This document shows positions 59,602 through 64,000 of a DNA stretch of 64,000 nt, piece after piece. Below the pieces are notes generated by a model that had not been told where the DNA came from, did not search any database, and saw nothing but the letters and a program-made list of their open reading frames with translations. The stretch is from Naegleria gruberi. Its lineage: Eukaryota. The stretch's first letter is position 1; every line of letters starts with the position of its first letter. The stretch is taken from NCBI GenBank assembly GCA_000004985.1, contig GG738848.1. One strand, given 5' to 3'. The translations under genes and the position numbers were made by a program.

Positions 59602-60244
59602 ATATTTTAAATACATTGTAAATTTTTAATTTAAATTGTTAAAATATATCTCCAATAATAACAACATAACCAGCAATAGAATTCATTCCTTTTTCACACA
59701 GTTTTGAAATTTCAAGAATCATGATTCTAAGAGTTTTGAATCGTCATTTTCATTCATCCACCCACTCTTCACGCGCTCAATAATTGATGCTGAAGCTTAA
59801 TCTTCAAAAACTTCTCAACAAATCATGAAAATCTAAAGTTTCTCTTCTCACTGAGCAGTGAACGTTTCACTAATTTTGAACCTTCGTTATTTTAACCAAA
59901 ACCGTAAACCCCGTTTTCTGTGCGCTGTTTTGATTGAAGAGTGTTATTGGTGTAAATAAAGCGAGTTTACCGTTTGTGTCTGAGTGAGGGAGAAGAACCT
60001 TCCTTCATCCTCATAAATGTTTTGATACTTCTTGGAACTTTCAACGTATTCTTGCCTCCAATTTTTCAACCCGAAGAAAAAAAAGTTTTTTCTCATCATA
60101 CTGGTGTAACAGAAAGCACATTTCACACACCTCATAAATTAATATTACTAAACTCTAGTTGTGTCTCTATATTACACATACAACAATACAACATTATCTT
60201 TTAACTTGGTATGTATTTTCGGGTGGTGTTATTTTAAAAAAGCC

Positions 60245-60256
60245 TTTGGCGCCAAT
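60245..60256. promoter_or_regulatory. Near-palindromic E2F-type site TTTGGCGCCAAT.
   Basis: Seen directly, about 200 bp upstream of the acetyl-CoA synthetase ATG, inside a GC-normal non-coding island. Confidence 0.25.
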
Positions 60257-60290
60257 TTTCTTTGGTTATTGATAACAAAAACAAATTTCT

Positions 60291-60440
60291 CTACACCAAC
60301 AATAATAACAATAACAACAACAATAACAAATAACAACAATTATCTACTCCTAATCATACAACAACAACAATATTCTACAATAACAACAATAACAACAATA
60401 ACAACAATAACAACAAATACAACAATAACAACAACAATAG
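60291..60440 (+). repeat. (AAC/AAT/ACA)n microsatellite-like tract in the 5' leader of the ACS gene.
   Basis: ACAATAATAACAATAACAACAACAATAACAAATAACAACAAT...AATAACAACAATAACAACAATAACAACAAATACAACAATAACAACAACAATAG lies immediately upstream of the ATG at 60459. Confidence 0.6.
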
Positions 60441-60458
60441 AAAGAAAAACACAAAAGA

Positions 60459-62810
60459 ATGGATAATCAAAGTTTTACACCACTTCCACATGTTCAACAA
60501 CGTGCTTGGATTCAATCCTATGAACAATATTTAGGAATGTATAGAGAAAGTGTTGAAAAGCCTTATGATTTTTGGTATAAGGTAGCCAATGAAAATTATC
60601 ATTGGAAGGAAAAGAATTTTAGTTTAGAAGAACCTAAAAGTATTCTAGATTATAATTTTGATTTGAGTAAAGGACCAATTCATATTGAATGGTTTAAGAA
60701 TAGTTTAACAAATATTTGTTATAATGCATTGGATAGACATGTAGAAAATGGAAATGGAGATCGTGTAGCCTTTTATTATGAAGGAAATGATATTAATGAT
60801 AATCATTCAACAATTACATATAAGGAATTATTGAAACAAGTTTGTAAATTTGGTAATGTATTAAGAAAATTAGGAGTTAAAAAAGGTGATCGTGTTGCAA
60901 TGTACATGCCAATGGTAATGGAATTAATTATAGCAGTATTAGCTTGTGCACGTATAGGTGCAATTCACTCTGTTGTATTTGGAGGATTTAGTGCTGAAGC
61001 CTTAGCAAGTCGTTTAATTGATTCACATTCTAAAATTATTGTTACATCTGATTATGGTATTCGTGGTGATAAATTAATTGCTTTAAAACAAGCAGTTGAT
61101 GAAGCAATTGATCATCATTGTCAAGATACTGGTTTTACTTGTGAAAAGGTAATTGTTGTTAATAGAATGAATTCAAAAATTGTATCAATGGATACAAAAC
61201 CAAGTCATTCAATTTCATCTCCACAAATTCATTGGTATGAAAAACGTGATGTTTTTTATAATGATTTAATGAATGATGAAACAATAAGTGAAGAATGTCA
61301 AGTTGAATGGGTTAAAGGTGAAGATGGTTTATTCATGTTATATACAAGTGGTAGTACAGGTAAACCAAAAGGTTTATTACATACTACTGCTGGTTATATG
61401 ATTTATACTTCAACTACATTTAAATATGTTTTTGATTATCATGAAAATGATGTTTATTGGTGTGGTGCTGATATTGGTTGGATTACTGGTCACTCTTATG
61501 TTATTTATGGTCCTTTAATTTGTGGTGCAACAAGTGTTATATTTGAAGGTATTCCAACTTATCCAACTCCATCTAGATATTGGCAAATTATTGACAAGTA
61601 TAAGGTTAATCAATTTTATACTGCTCCAACTTTAATTCGTACTTTGATGAAAATTGGTGATGAACATGTTAAAAATGGTTCAACACGTGATTCACTTCGT
61701 ATTTTGGGTTCAGTTGGTGAACCAATTAATCCAGAAGCATGGTTATGGTATCATAATGTTATTGGTAATGGTAAATGTGCTATAGTTGATACTTTTTGGC
61801 AAACTGAATCAGGTGGTCATTTAATTACTCCAATTCCAGGTTGTATTACAACTAAACCAGGTTCTGCTACTTTCCCATTCTTTGGTGTTCAACCTGCTGT
61901 TTTACCACCAACTATAGAACCTCAAACACCTGCTGTTATTAATTCCAATGTTACTTCTGTTTTTAATTCATCTGATGCTGCTGTTGTTGTTAACAATGGA
62001 ACTACTACTACTAGTAAGGCAAGTGAAGAATTGGAAGGTGATTGTGAAGGTTATTTGGCAATTAAATTCCCATGGCCTGGTATTGCTAGAACAATCTTTG
62101 GTGATCATGATCGTTATGAAAAGACATACTTTGGTATTGTTAATGGTTACTATATGACTGGTGATGGTTGTAGAAGAGATTCAGATGGTTATATTTGGTT
62201 GACTGGACGTGTTGATGATGTTTTGAATGTTAGTGGACATCGTTTAGGTACTGCTGAATTGGAATCTGCATTTGTTGCTCACTCTTCTGTTGCTGAAGCT
62301 GCTGTAGTTCCATGTCCTCATGATATTAAGGGTCACGGTATTTATTGTTATGTTGTTTTGAAGGATCATGTTGATATTTCTGAACAAAAGAAACGTGATG
62401 AATTATCTCATGCTTTGAAACAATGGATTAGACATGAAATTGGTCCAGTTGCTACTCCTGATTTTATTCATTTTGCTTTTAAGANNNNNNNNNNNNNNNN
62501 NNNNNNNNNNNNNNNNNNNNNNNNNNNNNNNNNNNNNNNNNNNNNNNNNNNNNNNNNNNNNNNNNNNNNNNNNNNNNNNNNNNNNNNNNNNNNNNNNNNN
62601 NNNNNNNNNNNNNNNNNNNNNNNNNNNNNNNNNNNNNNNNNNNNNNNNNNNNNNNNNNNNNNNNNNNNNNNNNNNNNNNNNNNNNNNNNNNNNNNNNNNN
62701 NNNNNTTTGAGAAAGATTGCTGAAGGTAGTGAATCATCTTTGGGTGATGTTCTACTTTGGCTGATCCATCTGTTGTTGACGATTTGATTGCTACTCGTGT
62801 TGTTAAATAA
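60459..62810 (+). CDS. ACS: Acetyl-coenzyme A synthetase (AMP-forming). Interrupted by an assembly gap and carrying an apparent 1-nt frameshift near the 3' end.
   Basis: Real ATG (MDNQSFTPLPHVQQRAWIQSYEQYLGMYRESVEKPYDFWYKVA). AMP-binding signature LYTSGSTGKPKGLLHTTAGYM. ...WQTESGGHLITPIPG... After the N run: LRKIAEGSESSLGDV. The conserved C-terminus STLADPSVVDDLIATRVVK* is then read in the +1 frame. Confidence 0.75.
62485..62705. other. Assembly gap (221 N) inside the ACS coding region.
   Basis: Run of n characters. Confidence 0.95.
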
Positions 62811-62879
62811 ATTTTACAAGCACCAATCATTCTAATTGAAATGATGATTAAGCAAATTCAAAAGGAGTTAAATCTTTTA

Positions 62880-64000
62880 TTAACATTGTTCGAAACAGCT
62901 TTCATCCATAAGCAAGTCAGCATTAGAAGCAAAGATTGTATCAAGCTCTTCATTAGTTAAGAATGGATCCAACAGATCAGCAATAGTTTCATTATTTTCC
63001 AAGGTAAAAGTGAGATCTTGTTGATTTCCATCATCTTCAAAGAGTGAAGCTTCTTCTTGATCCTCTTCCAATAGTAAAGGTTCACCTCCTTCTACAATGA
63101 AGGATGGTGGAGATGTTACTGTCTTTATACTGGTAGGAAGTGTACTTTGATGTAGCAGTGTTGGTTGTTGAGTGGTAATTGAAGAAGTTTGAGGTATCAT
63201 TGAAGTAAATGATTGTTGTTGTATTGGAGGTGTAATAAATTGATTAGTATTACTGCTATTCATTTGATTATTCATCATTGAGGTAAGAGTTTGTTGAGGT
63301 TGTTGAACTCGATTAATAATATTATTATAAATAGATTGAATTGGTTCTTGTTGTGGTTGTGTTACACCAATATTATTAGGTTGACTATTCATTTGACTAT
63401 TCATTATTTGATTCATTAATTGTTGTTGTTGATATTGTTGATTATTTAATTGATTCATATTCATATTATTATTATTAATTAATTGATTATTTAAATAGCT
63501 AGTTGTAATATTATTATTGGATTGATTTGAAATATTAGAATTAGTAGTGAAAGAATTTTGAATTATTGGTTGTTGTTGTTGATTCATTAAAATACCATTA
63601 TTCAAATTATTCATATTATTATTATTCATATTCATGTTATTATTCATATTACTATTCATATTCATATTATTCATATTATTCATATTATTCATATTATTCA
63701 TATTATCAGAATGTTGTTGTAGTTGTTGTTGATGATCTGATTGATTTCCTCCTCTTAAAGTATTTTTAAACATCATTGATTGAGGTAATTTACTAATAAC
63801 TTCAATGTTATTTAATTTTCCTTCATAAATTTCACTTGCTGGAGCTTGATAAACATTTTTATCATCAAAAAATGTTATTGAAGTTTCATGAATTTTTAAA
63901 ATATTACTTGTTGAATGTTTTAAAGTATTAGAATTATTTAAAGTATTATTATATTGATTTAAATAAAGTAAATCTTCAATTTCCTTAATAAAATTACCAT
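62880..64000 (-). CDS. Q/N-rich protein with an acidic C-terminus, C-terminal part. The gene continues beyond the window end.
   Basis: The minus-strand frame is open from position 64000 (GNFIKEIEDLLYLNQYNNTLNNSNTLKHSTSNILKIHETSITFFDDKNVYQAPASEIYEGKLNNIEVISKLPQSMMFKNTLRGG...) through poly-Q/N to an acidic tail ...EGGEPLLLEEDQEEASLFEDDGNQQDLTFTLENNETIADLLDPFLTNEELDTIFASNADLLMDESCFEQC*. Contains (MNN)n encoded by a 9-bp tandem repeat. Confidence 0.4.
   Translation of the reverse strand, partial: GNFIKEIEDLLYLNQYNNTLNNSNTLKHSTSNILKIHETSITFFDDKNVYQAPASEIYEGKLNNIEVISKLPQSMMFKNTLRGGNQSDHQQQLQQHSDNMNNMNNMNNMNNMNMNSNMNNNMNMNNNNMNNLNNGILMNQQQQPIIQNSFTTNSNISNQSNNNITTSYLNNQLINNNNMNMNQLNNQQYQQQQLMNQIMNSQMNSQPNNIGVTQPQQEPIQSIYNNIINRVQQPQQTLTSMMNNQMNSSNTNQFITPPIQQQSFTSMIPQTSSITTQQPTLLHQSTLPTSIKTVTSPPSFIVEGGEPLLLEEDQEEASLFEDDGNQQDLTFTLENNETIADLLDPFLTNEELDTIFASNADLLMDESCFEQC
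63662..63706 (-). repeat. Five perfect tandem copies of a 9-bp unit (TCATATTAT) inside coding sequence, with degenerate copies upstream.
   Basis: Plus strand reads TCATATTATTCATATTATTCATATTATTCATATTATTCATATTAT. On the minus strand this encodes NMNNMNNMNNMNNMN. Confidence 0.7.

Noticed and set aside
61948-62830. ORFs 61948-62157+, 62434-62787+ and 62468-62830-, which overlap ACS and the N gap.
   Set aside because: They are alternative frames. The two gap-spanning ORFs are artefacts of translating the N run. The 62434-62787 frame does contain the genuine LRKIAEGSESSLGDV segment and is used in the frameshift finding.
1-64000. Prokaryotic-style features such as CRISPR arrays, operons, rho-independent terminators, IS elements and defence islands.
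   Set aside because: The sequence is clearly eukaryotic, with spliceosomal introns, poly-N/Q proteins, and PP2A, XDH, ALG3 and FKBP genes with introns. I saw no direct-repeat and spacer arrays or IS-like inverted repeats.

Overview
This window is eukaryotic nuclear DNA: AT-rich, standard genetic code, no operons, CRISPR arrays, rRNA or tRNA genes. Low-complexity poly-N/Q/S coding tracts, (CAA)n runs and very short spliceosomal introns (about 38-190 nt; donors GTAAGT, GTATGT, GTAGGT, GTGAGT; acceptors YAG) suggest a dictyostelid-like social amoeba scaffold. The lineage call is inference only. There are two assembly gaps (N runs at 27419-27468 and 62485-62705). The supplied ORF track uses alternative start codons (TTG, GTG, ATT), so many of its leading M residues are not real, and it misses spliced genes. 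I rebuilt gene models by hand. Coordinates near splice sites may be off by 1-2 nt.

I support about 27 protein-coding genes. Those with recognisable products are:
- a giant alpha-2-macroglobulin/thioester-family protein (1604-8404)
- a 7TM-RGS fusion protein
- a TRIC/TMEM38-type channel
- a glutaminyl cyclase
- a Cdc6-like AAA+ ATPase
- a PH plus coiled-coil protein
- a giant single gene (more than 3000 aa) with an N-terminal non-RD protein kinase domain split over 4 exons and a huge N/S/Q-rich tail that crosses an assembly gap
- the PP2A scaffold A subunit, with a 10-nt first coding exon
- a patatin-like SDP1/TGL4-type lipase
- a BRCT-PolX (Pol lambda-like) polymerase
- FKBP12
- dPGM
- ALG3
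- a ubiquitin-fold protein that ends exactly in Gly-Gly
- a 6-exon xanthine dehydrogenase
- a GPI-anchored glycoprotein
- acetyl-CoA synthetase, interrupted by a gap and with a likely 1-nt indel.

The remaining ORFs are hypothetical, two of them partial at the window ends.

Non-coding observations:
- GC-normal, ORF-free islands at 48300-49880, 58210-58870 and 59610-60300.
- Palindromic E2F-type motifs, including TTTGGCGCCAAA, in promoters; one sits 45 bp upstream of the Cdc6-like gene.
- The 3' ends of two convergent genes overlap.
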